DNA of 63,548 bases, counting the filler, from Pseudomonadota bacterium (GTDB lineage Bacteria; Desulfobacterota; Desulfobacteria; Desulfobacterales; JBDRRP01), in the NCBI GenBank assembly GCA_043825735.1. It is 7 parts of 7 records of this genome, joined end to end, with 100 filler letters (N's around TTAATTAATTAA, not from the genome) between each part and the next. Parts side by side here need not be neighbours in the genome. Positions count along the whole stretch, not along the records: positions 53,225 to 58,123 come from JBDRRP010000029.1; positions 58,224 to 61,261 come from JBDRRP010000038.1; positions 61,362 to 63,548 come from JBDRRP010000118.1; 4 more parts are not named here. One strand, 5' to 3'. Positions 54,147 to 63,548 of the stretch are shown one piece after another. Below the pieces are notes generated by a model. That model had not been told where the DNA came from and ran no database searches. It saw nothing but the letters and a program-made list of their open reading frames with translations. Numbering within the stretch: position 1 is the stretch's first letter; the number at the start of each line of letters is the position of its first letter. The position numbers and the translations under genes are program-made.

Positions 54147-55247
54147 TTATCCGGGGCCTGCCGGGGCCATCATAAAGGGCAGGACCGAATAGAGGTATTT
54201 GAGCTTGCCGCCGCAATGCGGGCATATTGGCGGTATGTGCGGCGCAAGGGTTGATTCGAGGCAGGTGATTTCAAACCCATAAGCTATTTCTATGAGGGTG
54301 CGGATCTTATTCAACGGAACAGAGGAACAAGGGTGCAAAAAGCCGTAGTAGCGCACCTTCATAAATCCTGTCGGCAGAACGTGCTGTAAGAAGCGTCTTA
54401 GAAATTCCATGGCATCGAGAGACATGGTGCGCCGGCGCCGGCTGCCTTTTTTCTTATACCGAATGAAAACGGTATGATTCTGCACTTTAACGATGCGGTT
54501 GTTTGAGATGGCAACCTTAAACACATAGGGGGCCAGATACCTGACGCTCTGCTCGCTGCTGCCCACGGGTTGGCAGTTTACATTCCAATCGATTTTCCAG
54601 GCTTCGGCTGGAATGGAACTCCAAAGGTCTGTCTTTTTGATTTCATCACGGAATTTGGCCTTGAACATTTTGGACATGGCTCGGATCGGCAGATAAAAAT
54701 CGACGCGCGCGCAATGCCATTTGTTTTGTTCTCTGGACAAAGCGCCGCCCGGGACGATGTAGTGAATATGCGGATGATACTGCAGCTGCCGACCCCAGGT
54801 ATGCAGTACGCCGAAGAAACCTGGAAGATCGCCGCCGATGAACTTTGCATCGGCAGAAAGTTTTTTGAGAGTATCGGCAGAAGCTTTGAACAGGGCCGCA
54901 TAGCAGATGCGCTGGTTGCTGCGGATAAAGCGGCGCAACTGCTCAGGGACGGTAAAAGTGATCATAAAATGATGTCCCGGAAGCTGTCGTTTCATCTGCC
55001 ATTGCAGCCACATTGTTGTTTTATGATTCTGACAGGAGGGACAATGGCGGTTGCCGCAGGATCTGAACACCGAATGGGAGCTGTGACATTTATCACACTG
55101 GTAAATGGCCATGCCGCAGCTTTGGGTGCGGCAGTCGATGATGGCGTTGATGACTTTTCTGTGTTCATTTGGCATGGCATCGCCAAAGCGATGGATATAC
55201 TCTGGTGCGTATTGTGTAAAAATCTGTTGGATGTTATTCATGATCAC
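54147..55247 (-). CDS. IS91-family rolling-circle (HUH Y2) transposase
   Basis: Zn domain SCGNRHCPSC, HPHIH, YLAPY, VRYYG. Confidence 0.95.
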   Translation of the reverse strand: MIMNNIQQIFTQYAPEYIHRFGDAMPNEHRKVINAIIDCRTQSCGMAIYQCDKCHSSHSVFRSCGNRHCPSCQNHKTTMWLQWQMKRQLPGHHFMITFTVPEQLRRFIRSNQRICYAALFKASADTLKKLSADAKFIGGDLPGFFGVLHTWGRQLQYHPHIHYIVPGGALSREQNKWHCARVDFYLPIRAMSKMFKAKFRDEIKKTDLWSSIPAEAWKIDWNVNCQPVGSSEQSVRYLAPYVFKVAISNNRIVKVQNHTVFIRYKKKGSRRRRTMSLDAMEFLRRFLQHVLPTGFMKVRYYGFLHPCSSVPLNKIRTLIEIAYGFEITCLESTLAPHIPPICPHCGGKLKYLYSVLPFMMAPAGPG

Positions 55248-56113
55248 ACCTCCTGCATCAGGCCGTTGATGATGCCGTAGGCGCGTTCATGGCCTTGAGT
55301 GGTCAGGTGCAGATAGACCATGGTGGAGTTGAGGCTGTGATGACCCAGGTATTGTTGGATGCGGCGGATATTGACGCCGGCCTCCAGCAGATGGGTGGCA
55401 TAGCTATGGCGCAGGGTGTGGATGGAGATGCGTTTTTTAAGTTTAAGTTGTTTCAATACCCGGCGCAGGGCGCCTTGAACGGAGGATTTGTTCATTGGGA
55501 TGGTGGCGGCAGGCCCTTCTTTGCCGCTGCGGCCGAGCCGCGGGAAGATCCAGACTGGATTTCGATGCAGCTTCCAGTAAGATCTTAAAATATTGAGGGT
55601 TGTTTCGGGAAGCGGGACATATCGGTCTTTGGCGCCTTTGCCGCGATGGACGTGAATACGCATGCGATCACTGTCGATGTCGCTGACCTGAAGATAAAGA
55701 GCTTCATGCAATCTGAGGCCGCAGGAATAGGTGGTGGTGAGATAGGCTTTGTTTTGAGGGGTGCTGACAGCAGCAAGGATGGAGCGCACTTCATCAAGGC
55801 TCAGGACGGTAGGAAGTCTTTGTTCGCGATTGGCGTGGATCAGCGCCAGGGTATGCCAGTCACGCTGAAGGACATTGAGGAAAAAGAATTTAATACCGCT
55901 GTAGCAGATGCGCATGGTGGCGGCAGACCATTTGTCAGTGTTTCGGCGGTGCAGGAAATAATCCTGAAGCTGCGCTTCGGTGATTTGATCGGGGGGGTTG
56001 TTGTAAAAATCAGCGAGCATGCGAACAGATCGTGTATAGCACTCCTGGGTACGCTGGCTCATCCCGGCAAGTTGCAGGGCTCTCATGGACTTTTGGTAAT
56101 AGTCTTTCATCAT
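55244..56113 (-). CDS. Tyrosine recombinase/integrase
   Basis: GLRLHE, GKGAKDR, HTLRHSYATH, LGH, TMVY; stop overlaps the transposase start; AAGGAG RBS. Confidence 0.95.
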   Translation of the reverse strand: MMKDYYQKSMRALQLAGMSQRTQECYTRSVRMLADFYNNPPDQITEAQLQDYFLHRRNTDKWSAATMRICYSGIKFFFLNVLQRDWHTLALIHANREQRLPTVLSLDEVRSILAAVSTPQNKAYLTTTYSCGLRLHEALYLQVSDIDSDRMRIHVHRGKGAKDRYVPLPETTLNILRSYWKLHRNPVWIFPRLGRSGKEGPAATIPMNKSSVQGALRRVLKQLKLKKRISIHTLRHSYATHLLEAGVNIRRIQQYLGHHSLNSTMVYLHLTTQGHERAYGIINGLMQEV

Positions 56114-56257
56114 AACCTCTCTCCTTTCTTTGAAGGGTTTATTGGATGGGGATCCGATATGAGAGGTATGACAGAAGACTATAAGCTTTTGCAACCTGCC
56201 GCGGATGGGCTTAATTGAAAAAAGGATTGGAAGGTTTTTCTGCCGCGTAGCGGCTTA

Positions 56258-56315
56258 CTTGAACAAGGCAAATGCAGCCGACTCGTGACCGCGCAGCTGA
56301 TTTGCAGCGTTCAAT
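56258..56315 (+). other. attC site 2 (58 bp)
   Basis: R'' CTTGAAC; GCAAAT-G-CAGC pairs with GCTGATTTGC leaving one extrahelical base; R' GTTCAAT. Confidence 0.8.
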
Positions 56316-56394
56316 CCATATTCCTCAATCCCATGTTGTTTCACGGGAAATAAACAGAGCCGATATATTTTACGACGATGTGGATTGTAAATGG

Positions 56395-57771
56395 CTAAAA
56401 TATCTTGTCCGGGTTCATAAGCCACTTGGGGTCAATCATCTCCTTGATCTGGCGCATGAGATGATAGCTCTCACCATGTTCAAGCTGCATGAACTTGCGC
56501 TTGCCGATGCCCACCCCATGCTCACCCGTGCAGGTACCCCCCACTTGAACAGCTTTTTCCACGATGGCATGGTTAATGGCTTCGAGCCTCGACCATTCCA
56601 CTGTATCTGCGGGGTCCCCCACGAGCACCACATGCAGATTGCCGTCGCCTGCGTGTCCGAAAACATAGCCGACGGCGCGGTATTCATCCAAAAGTTTCTG
56701 TGAAAACACTACGATCTCAGGATAGCGGGAGATCGGAACCGCCGCATCGACGATCAGGGTTTGTTTCTTCGGGTGGGCGCGATGGATGGTCTCCCACGCC
56801 TCGTGACGGGCGCGCCACAGATCTTTGCGAGCGCTCTCTTCGGTTGCGAAGTTAAAGCCGACAGCGCCGCAGTCCTCGCACACCTCCCTGGCAAGATCAG
56901 CTGTTTCCTGGAGAACGTTTTTGCTGATTCCGTGAAACTCGCAGAAAAGGGAAGGAGCCTCTGGCAGGCCGAGATGCTTTTCCCGGTTCATCAACTGGAT
57001 CAACCCAGGCGGTAAAAGTTCAAGGGCGGCAGGTCCAAGACCCGATCCGATCATGAGTACTACAGCCCTGGATGCGCTTTCCAGATCCTTGAAACGAATG
57101 GTTGCGGCCAGAAAATGACTGGGAATACCGGTCAGGCGAAGCGTCGCCTCGGTGACGATCCCTATGGTTCCCTCTGATCCCACAAAGAGCCGCGTCAGGT
57201 CATAGCCGGATGAGGATTTTGGCGCCTTGCAGCCGGTGTGAATAATCATGCCCTGGGGCAGCACCACCGTGAGGCGCATGACGTAATCCTTGGTAGCCCC
57301 GTATTTTACGGTCTGGACTCCGGATGCGTTGTTGGCGATCATGCCGCCGATGGTTGCATCGGCCCCCGGATCCGGCGGGAAAAAGAGCCCATGCTTGCCT
57401 GCCTGTCGGTTCAGTTCTTTGCGGAGGACGCCGGGTTCCACATCGGCCTGAAGATCCTGGGGACGGATATTCAGGATGCGGTTCATGAGGGTAAGATCCA
57501 CTACTAGCCCGCCGCGTGTGGGCACCGGATTTCCCTCGGTGCTGGTGCCGGCCCCCCAGGGCGTGACAGGGACATCGTTGGCGTATGTCCACGATAATAT
57601 GCGGGATACCTCATCGGTTGTGAGAGGCCAGATGATTCCGGCGGGAAGCGTTCCCTGATGGAAGGATATATCGTGGCGGTGAAGTTCACGGTTGGACTGC
57701 CCCGTGGAGAACCGTTCCGAAGAAACTATGGCTGACAGATCGGCGATGTGCCGGGGAGTGAACGTGTCCAT
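56395..57771 (-). CDS. FAD-binding oxidoreductase (GlcD/D-lactate dehydrogenase family)
   Basis: PWGAGTS, FPPDPGA.ATIGG, GSEGT.G, GHAGDGNLH, GEHGVG.GK. Confidence 0.93.
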   Translation of the reverse strand: MDTFTPRHIADLSAIVSSERFSTGQSNRELHRHDISFHQGTLPAGIIWPLTTDEVSRILSWTYANDVPVTPWGAGTSTEGNPVPTRGGLVVDLTLMNRILNIRPQDLQADVEPGVLRKELNRQAGKHGLFFPPDPGADATIGGMIANNASGVQTVKYGATKDYVMRLTVVLPQGMIIHTGCKAPKSSSGYDLTRLFVGSEGTIGIVTEATLRLTGIPSHFLAATIRFKDLESASRAVVLMIGSGLGPAALELLPPGLIQLMNREKHLGLPEAPSLFCEFHGISKNVLQETADLAREVCEDCGAVGFNFATEESARKDLWRARHEAWETIHRAHPKKQTLIVDAAVPISRYPEIVVFSQKLLDEYRAVGYVFGHAGDGNLHVVLVGDPADTVEWSRLEAINHAIVEKAVQVGGTCTGEHGVGIGKRKFMQLEHGESYHLMRQIKEMIDPKWLMNPDKIF

Positions 57772-57864
57772 ATTCTCTTATTCCTCGTTTTTGTTATAAT
57801 GCTGGTGTTACTCACATATTTGTTAAACCGGGCGCCGGCGCTGGAATAAATTGCACAGGTTTCA

Positions 57865-58123
57865 TCAGCGATAGATCAACGACGGCAGCCACAGGGTCAG
57901 CGGCGGCCAGAAACATGAGATCAACAGCGCAGCAATAGCTATGGCCACAAAGGGCATCACGGCCCGGCCAACTTGGCCCAGGGGCAGGCCCGACATACCG
58001 CAACTGACAAAAAGGCAGATGCCCAACGGCGGGGTGAGCATGCCTATAGACAGGTTGACCACCATCAGCACGCCGAACTGTACCGGGTCCACCCCCATCT
58101 GGGGCGACAACACGGCCAGCACC
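57865..58123 (-). CDS. TRAP transporter large permease (DctM) C-terminus, 5' truncated
   Basis: GVDPVQFG...NLSIGMLTPPLG. Confidence 0.88.
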
Positions 58124-58223
58124 NNNNNNNNNNNNNNNNNNNNNNNNNNNNNNNNNNNNNNNNNNNNTTAATTAATTAANNNNNNNNNNNNNNNNNNNNN
58201 NNNNNNNNNNNNNNNNNNNNNNN

Positions 58224-58896
58224 CGGCGCTGGCGTAGATACCCCCTGAACGCTTACCATAATTGCAATAAGAAAGGCGGCGATACGCCTATTCCAGATAG
58301 AATTAGAATTAAAAAGAGCTCTCAACTTTATAACGGAAAGGAGGACCGCTGGCGGGGCCAACAAAGTAAAGACCCAAAAATACCTCACCAGGGTCACATT
58401 GGCAACTATCATAAAACCCAAGAAAAATGAAACATAAGCAACGGCAGGCACCAAGGGCGGAGTTTTCCTCCCCCTAAGCGACAACAGGCTTAGGATGAAA
58501 ACCAAAGGCCCCAAAGAAAAGGGGATGATCAGGCATAAAGCATAGCTGTATTTTCCATATGGGAATGCCCAAGGCTCATCCACAGCCCTCAGTACGGAAG
58601 GGCCTCTGGCGAAATAATCATCATTATAATTTGCACTATGCCAGTTATAAATTTGATCAACAAAATTGGGCCATATTAGTATAAACGTTATTATAAAAGC
58701 CGCTACAAAAAGAGAATATCGAAAAAATATTCGCTTTTCTCTTTTTTTCACTACATATAGATAGCCGGTTAATAATATGTACATTATAGGCAACATCAAA
58801 CTGTATTTTGTCGTGATCCCCACCGCGCACAGGACTCCGGAAAAAATGGTTGCCCATGTTTTCGCCTTTTCTTCGTTCAACAGGCCGAGGCACAAC
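58224..58896 (-). pseudogene. Membrane glycosyltransferase (GT39/ArnT-like) fragment; 5' end cut by the IS, 3' end by the contig edge
   Basis: Multi-TM, GITTKY and VRY motifs, low GC; frame begins at the IS terminus. Confidence 0.6.
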
Positions 58897-60787
58897 ATTG
58901 ATGACCTCGCAGAAACCCCTTGAGTGCCAAAAATCGAAAGGGGTGGGATTTTTCGCCTGACTTCAAGCCGCCAGCATCAAGTTGCGCTCGAAATGGTTGA
59001 ATAGGGGCGTTGGATGCTGTTGGGGCGTAAATTTTGGCAAATATAGGACGATTTTTGCTGTTTTTGCTGCTTTACGAGCCTTTTCGGCCTCGTTTTGAAT
59101 ATAGCGCTTCACGTTGATGGCCAGGGCCCTGAAAAAGGTCGAGGCGGCGACGCGATTTCGGCCGCGTGTCCAGGATCTTTTCAGGCCTGTCAACCGCTGG
59201 GTCTCCGAGATGGTGGCTTCGATCCCGGACCGGATTTTGTAGCGCTCTTTGAAATCCTCGGTTTCCTGCTCGCACCGTCGGCTGGCCGCAGCCACCGTTT
59301 TTCTGTCCACGCGAAAGCGAAACGTCCCGTTTTTATGTCGTTTTACCGGGCACAGGGCTTCAAGATCGCACCGGCCGCAAGCGGACTGGCTGAACACCGC
59401 GAAGACGGATTTGCCGTTGGGCGTGAGGCCGGTTCTGGCGGGTTCGTGGCCTTTGAGGCAGGATAAAACCCGGGTCCAATCGGAGTCGAAGTCAAAATCA
59501 TCGATGCGTACGCGGTTTTCCCCGGGCTTGCTCCCGGAAGTGATGGGGGCGATAAACTCAACCCCTTTCCCCTTTGTTCCCAGCAGGTTGTCGCCAGAGC
59601 CGTAGCCCGCGTCCGCCAAGAGTTCGTCAGGCTTGGCATCCAGAGCCTCCAGCCGGTCCAGAACAGGCGCCACGTCCTTGGCGTCGGGCTGGTTGGCCTT
59701 GTCAACGGCCACGTCGGTGATCACCTGGAAGCCGTTTTCCTTGACGCAGGTCTCGGTGAGCGAAGCCTTGTAGCCCTTGCCCTTGTGGCCATACGTGGCG
59801 TCCGGGTCCGAAGGGTTTTGCAGGGATTCGGCAGAAATGTCGGTGGGCGTTTTCAGCACAACCGGCTCAGCGGCACCGGGTGTGATTTCGCATTGTTCTT
59901 CGAGCAGCCGGGACATGAGTTTGTAGGAATGCATGCTCGTGACGGCCTGGTCGCCCCGGAACCGGTCCACCAGGTCGAAGAGGTGCCGGGCGCTCTTTTC
60001 CAGCCGCCGCCGAGCCTTCCCGGATTTGACGTCCGCGAAATACCCGGCCCGCTCCAAATACGCCTTGGCATACACGGCGGGCAGCCGCGAAAACGCCTCC
60101 TGGTGCGTCTTTTCGAGCCGCGCCAGGAATTTTTCGATGGTGCGGACGAAAAGCGAAAGGCGGGTCAGGTTGGCCATGTTGGAGGTGATGTGGGTCGAGT
60201 CCAGGCGCTGCCGGACCGTGGAAATCTGGGCCTCGCGGATGATCTTGGCCGTGATGCCGGAAAAGACTTTCTCGGCCATGCGGTTTTCCGCCACCAGCGA
60301 GCGGAAGTTGTGCAGGGTTTTCTGGCAGACGCCCGCCTCGTCCATGTTGACGTCCAGGGCATACTGCCACCGAAGGTCCCATCCCAGGGAGCCCAGAAGC
60401 TCGGCATCGGTGAGGTTGTGCCATTCCTTGAGGATGCACAGGCCGATGAGGATGGCCACCGGCACGTTGGGGCGGCCGTTGTCCGGGCAGTAAAAGGGCG
60501 CAAACGGGTCCTCGTCGATGAGCGGGAGGATGTTGCGCCGAAACGGCCCGGCCCAGGTTTTGTCCAACGCGGCCACCCGGTCTTCAGGCAGGTACACGTC
60601 AAGATCGAAAAGGCTTCTTTGCTGTCTTTTGAGTCGGAACATGGCGAACCGTCCATGGGTTAATATGTTGTAATATCTGACGGTTACCCTATCACGGCCA
60701 GGGCTCGAAGTAAAGAGAAAAATGAGCGCTTTATCAGTATTTTCAGCGCCATGGCGGGGGATAGAGGGTTTTTACGAGGTCATCAAT
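58897..60787 (-). mobile_element. IS1182/IS5-like insertion sequence
   Basis: 22-bp TIRs ATTGATGACCTCGCAGAAACCC / GGGTTTTTACGAGGTCATCAAT (2 mismatches) around one transposase gene; no clear target duplication. Confidence 0.88.
58963..60642 (-). CDS. DDE transposase (DUF772 plus DDE, IS1182-like)
   Basis: GRPN, RLDSTH, DPDATY, ADAGY, CxxC...C, YKIRSGIEAT (YxxRxxIE). Confidence 0.92.
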   Translation of the reverse strand: MFRLKRQQRSLFDLDVYLPEDRVAALDKTWAGPFRRNILPLIDEDPFAPFYCPDNGRPNVPVAILIGLCILKEWHNLTDAELLGSLGWDLRWQYALDVNMDEAGVCQKTLHNFRSLVAENRMAEKVFSGITAKIIREAQISTVRQRLDSTHITSNMANLTRLSLFVRTIEKFLARLEKTHQEAFSRLPAVYAKAYLERAGYFADVKSGKARRRLEKSARHLFDLVDRFRGDQAVTSMHSYKLMSRLLEEQCEITPGAAEPVVLKTPTDISAESLQNPSDPDATYGHKGKGYKASLTETCVKENGFQVITDVAVDKANQPDAKDVAPVLDRLEALDAKPDELLADAGYGSGDNLLGTKGKGVEFIAPITSGSKPGENRVRIDDFDFDSDWTRVLSCLKGHEPARTGLTPNGKSVFAVFSQSACGRCDLEALCPVKRHKNGTFRFRVDRKTVAAASRRCEQETEDFKERYKIRSGIEATISETQRLTGLKRSWTRGRNRVAASTFFRALAINVKRYIQNEAEKARKAAKTAKIVLYLPKFTPQQHPTPLFNHFERNLMLAA

Positions 60788-61361
60788 CATAGGAGTAAAC
60801 AAATGATGGCTTGCCTTTGATATGACTTCCCTTCCGCTTTTTCTTGGACTTTCCTATAAACTTGTACCTGGGAAGGGTGAGGTGTCGGTGGTCAATAGCT
60901 ATACGTGATGTGCTTGTAACTGTAACATGATCAAGACTACAGTGTATTTCTTGTGGAAGTTTCATTGTCATCCTCTTTGATAGGGTTAGTTTTGACTACT
61001 TGATGTTGTCCATAAGGACAGTATGGAATTGTAATTCATCATCATTCATAAATAGGATAGTTCGCATTATTTATGTGGGGAATGACATATGTTATGACAA
61101 TACCGCTCCGACATACCCTGGAGGGGTTAACATCACTACAAAGAACTCCTGGGGCTCATTTTATGCAGGCAAACCGCGGCGGCACCATTGCCAAAACATG
61201 TTTTTGGCTGCGTATCGTTTCTTGACGGCATCGTGTAGCGGAGAAATCAAGAAGGTGGAAGNNNNNNNNNNNNNNNNNNNNNNNNNNNNNNNNNNNNNNN
61301 NNNNNTTAATTAATTAANNNNNNNNNNNNNNNNNNNNNNNNNNNNNNNNNNNNNNNNNNNN

Positions 61362-61734
61362 TATAAAAAAAGAGACGCCGTTCGGGGCCGGGCCGATCCA
61401 TCTGCGCGACACGATCCACAACAAGGTCAGCGTGTCCGGGACAAAAGTGTCCGGCATCCTCGGCACGCCGCTGGCGCATGGCGAGCCGGTGGAAATGGGG
61501 ACCAAGCCGCATTTCCCGCCGATCGGGCCGATTCAGTTCTGGGTGCAGCAGAAACTGCATATCGAGGGCGAGAAGGAATCGCGGTCCGTGGCCTTTCTGA
61601 TCGCGCGGGCGATCTCAAAGCGCGGCACGAAACCCCGCAAAATGTTTTCCACCGGGTTTGATGAAAACGAGGCGGCGGTGCGGCGGATACTGGCCGAGAT
61701 CCCGGCCGATATTATCCGGAGGGTGAACCAATGA
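61362..61734 (+). CDS. HK97 gp10-like phage tail-completion protein, 5' truncated
   Basis: TPFG...LRDTI, VEMGTKPHFPP, GTKPRKMF. Confidence 0.75.
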
Positions 61735-62186
61735 GCGAGGCCGATATCAGGGGGCAAATCGCGATTGTCCTTGCGGGCGTGTCCGGCATGGGCGTGGTGC
61801 ATGAGTATCAGCGCTGGGCCACTACCTGGGAGAAATTTCTGGATCACTTTAAAGATGCGGACAATAAGATCAACGGCTGCTGCATCAGCCGGGCCGCTAC
61901 GCCGGCATTTCGCAAAACCATGCCGACCATCGAGCGCGAGCACAAATACATCATCCGTTATTATTATGGTTTAAACGATGCCGCCGGCAGCGAGCTGATT
62001 TTTCAGGCGCTGGTCGAGGGCATTCAAAACAAGTTTGACAGCGACAGCAATTACAAGCTGGGCGGCTATGTACTCAACAGCGGCCCGCTTCAGGTCCGGA
62101 TCATCGAGACGCGCATGTTCGGCGGCGTGCTGTGCCACTTTGCCGAGCTGGAGCTGCCGGTAACCGAGCGCGTAACATATAGTTAA
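61731..62186 (+). CDS. Phage tail terminator-like protein
   Basis: ATGA overlap; position before the tail tube gene; FGGVLCHFAEL motif. Confidence 0.65.
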   Translation: MSEADIRGQIAIVLAGVSGMGVVHEYQRWATTWEKFLDHFKDADNKINGCCISRAATPAFRKTMPTIEREHKYIIRYYYGLNDAAGSELIFQALVEGIQNKFDSDSNYKLGGYVLNSGPLQVRIIETRMFGGVLCHFAELELPVTERVTYS

Positions 62187-62196
62187 GGAGGCAATC

Positions 62197-62412
62197 ATGA
62201 GTGCAAATACCACCATAAACGAAGCCCGGACCATCCTGCTGGACAAAGACGGCAACGTGTTGCCGGTACCGGCGGGGACCGATCCGCATCTTGAAAAAAA
62301 ACAAAAAACAGGGGTCGGGGGTCAGGGGCCGGGGACCAGCGCGCCTGCGGCGCAAAAGAAAACCGAACCCCGGCGCCCGGACCCTGACACCCACAAAGGA
62401 GGTAAGTCATGA
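62197..62412 (+). CDS. Small phage protein containing a translated inverted 7-mer repeat
   Basis: AAGGAGG RBS; stop overlaps the tail tube start. Confidence 0.55.
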   Translation: MSANTTINEARTILLDKDGNVLPVPAGTDPHLEKKQKTGVGGQGPGTSAPAAQKKTEPRRPDPDTHKGGKS

Positions 62413-63335
62413 CACTTCTCAAACAACGCTGCCAGATCGCCTGCGAGATCGAGGCTGAAGAGGGCACGGTCGAAACGCTGGAAGGCGTCGATGTGTTTCT
62501 GGCGTTTAACCCGAGGTTTAAACCCAATATCGAGGCGCATGAACGAGATCCAGTTCGAAGCTCGCTGTCCCCGCATCCGAGCGTTTTCGGCAAACGCAGC
62601 GCCACGCTGGGTTTTGACGTGGAGCTGGTGGGTGGAACTGCCGGGGCCGCCATCCATTATTCGGATGCGCTGAAAGCCTGCGGCGTGGGCGAGACCCTGG
62701 TGACCGTGACCAGCGCCACCTATAAACCGGCGTCGGCCAGCGTGCCGTCCGTGACGCTGGGGATGTATATGGACGGCAAATCCTATACCGTCAGGGGCGC
62801 GCGCGGTACGGCCAAGCTGTTGCTGGAAGCAGGAAAACCCGGCATATTGAGCATGGATTTTACTGGAGCAGATTTTACCGAGGCGGACACGGCCCTTTTG
62901 ACCACAGGGGTGTCGCTGTCTGCTGTGATCCCGCCGGCGTTCCAGGGCGCAACGCTGACCATCGATGCCTATGCCGCGACGATCTCCAAGCTGGAAATCG
63001 ATCTGGGCAATACCATAGCCCTGCGGGAGGACGCCAATTCGACCTCCGGGCACAAGAGCGCGGCAATCACCAACCGGCGGCCCAAAATGTCTTTTGATCC
63101 TGAAAATGCGCTGGTGGCCTCCGAGGATTATCTGGGCAACTGGAGGAGCGGCGCGCTGATGGCGCTGTCTACCGTGATGGGAACCGGCGCGGGCAACGTC
63201 ATCACCATCACGGCTCCCAAGGTGCAATACCAGGACGTCAGCATGGTGGACCGCGACGGCATTTCGGTGTTTGAGATTAGCGGCCTGCTGTGCCTCAATG
63301 CCGGGGATGACGAGTGGTCGATTGCGATAACGTAA
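62409..63335 (+). CDS. Phage tail tube (major tail) protein
   Basis: ALKACG, GARG, ITAPKVQY...DRDGI; AGGAGG RBS. Confidence 0.8.
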   Translation: MTLLKQRCQIACEIEAEEGTVETLEGVDVFLAFNPRFKPNIEAHERDPVRSSLSPHPSVFGKRSATLGFDVELVGGTAGAAIHYSDALKACGVGETLVTVTSATYKPASASVPSVTLGMYMDGKSYTVRGARGTAKLLLEAGKPGILSMDFTGADFTEADTALLTTGVSLSAVIPPAFQGATLTIDAYAATISKLEIDLGNTIALREDANSTSGHKSAAITNRRPKMSFDPENALVASEDYLGNWRSGALMALSTVMGTGAGNVITITAPKVQYQDVSMVDRDGISVFEISGLLCLNAGDDEWSIAIT

Positions 63336-63432
63336 ACAACAGGGGCCGGGGGTCCCAGGCTTCGCCCCTACGGGGCTACGCTGGGCAGGCAGGTGTCGGG
63401 GTCTAGAAAAAGAAAATAAGGAGAAAATAAAT

Positions 63433-63548
63433 ATGTTGAAAATTGATGCGGCCGTTCAATCCTATGAGAGCATGCCGGTGGAATATAAGGACGGCGCGGT
63501 TTTAAACCTGCGCCCGTATCCGGCCAGCAGGGCCAACTTTGAATTTAA
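63433..63548 (+). CDS. Probable tail assembly chaperone, truncated by window end
   Basis: AAGGAG RBS, frame open to the end, follows the tail tube gene. Confidence 0.55.
   Translation, partial: MLKIDAAVQSYESMPVEYKDGAVLNLRPYPASRANFEF

Larger units (their letters stand above)
53872..56264 (-). mobile_element. IS91-family element carrying a tyrosine recombinase gene
   Basis: Two coupled genes; bounded by GTTCAAG and CTTGAAC; hairpin GCCGC-GTA-GCGGC at the upstream (terIS-like) end; CCTATCC at the downstream (oriIS-like) end. Confidence 0.85.

Noticed and set aside
55244..56113. Calling the recombinase an integron integrase (intI)
   Set aside because: It lacks the IntI-specific insertion before the WxFP motif and is translationally coupled to an IS91 transposase
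60783..61261. ORFs 60783-60971 and 61000-61317
   Set aside because: Short, no RBS or motif, and one extends into the linker
21429..61361. Recurring TTAATTAATTAA motif, and any gene linkage across the N-runs
   Set aside because: Artificial six-frame stop linker; contigs 3, 4 and 7 cannot be assumed to be one prophage

Overview
This window is not contiguous. It is seven assembly contigs joined by 100-bp artificial linkers (N44-TTAATTAATTAA-N44), so adjacency across the linkers means nothing. Gene content points to a Desulfobacterales-like deltaproteobacterium (inference). Contig 1 (1-21428) is core genome: the 5' end of 16S rRNA with three tandem promoters, tyrS, rny, 6S RNA, zapA/zapB, a half-length GlmU, the b'/b-F1 half of a split ATP synthase operon, mreBCD-mrdA-rodA, an LD-carboxypeptidase/serine hydrolase pair and tRNA-Pro(GGG). 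Contig 2 (21529-39431) is metabolic: acyl-CoA dehydrogenase, CooC-like ATPase, 5'-nucleotidase, Cu/Zn SOD, a 2-hydroxyacyl-CoA dehydratase pair and an acyl-CoA ligase frameshifted at a G11 run. Both contigs carry several families of non-coding MITE-like elements built from inverted 6/8/9-mer tandem repeats; one family has a nested 31-bp insert, and another has ends related to the IS in contig 6. Contigs 3 and 7 are tailed-phage structural modules, and contig 3 has terS-terL-portal divergent from scaffold-capsid. Contig 4 resembles a satellite or integrative element: P4-type primase end with an iteron origin, DUF4268-like protein, a Zn-ribbon sigma54 activator and a ParB-DNA methyltransferase fusion. 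Contig 5 holds the most interesting structure: an integron-like array (attI-like site, one cassette, attC) in which an IS91 HUH transposase plus tyrosine recombinase unit is bounded like a gene cassette and carries its own attC. Contig 6 has an IS1182/IS5-like element truncating a low-GC membrane glycosyltransferase gene. All product calls come from motif recognition; no database search was run.
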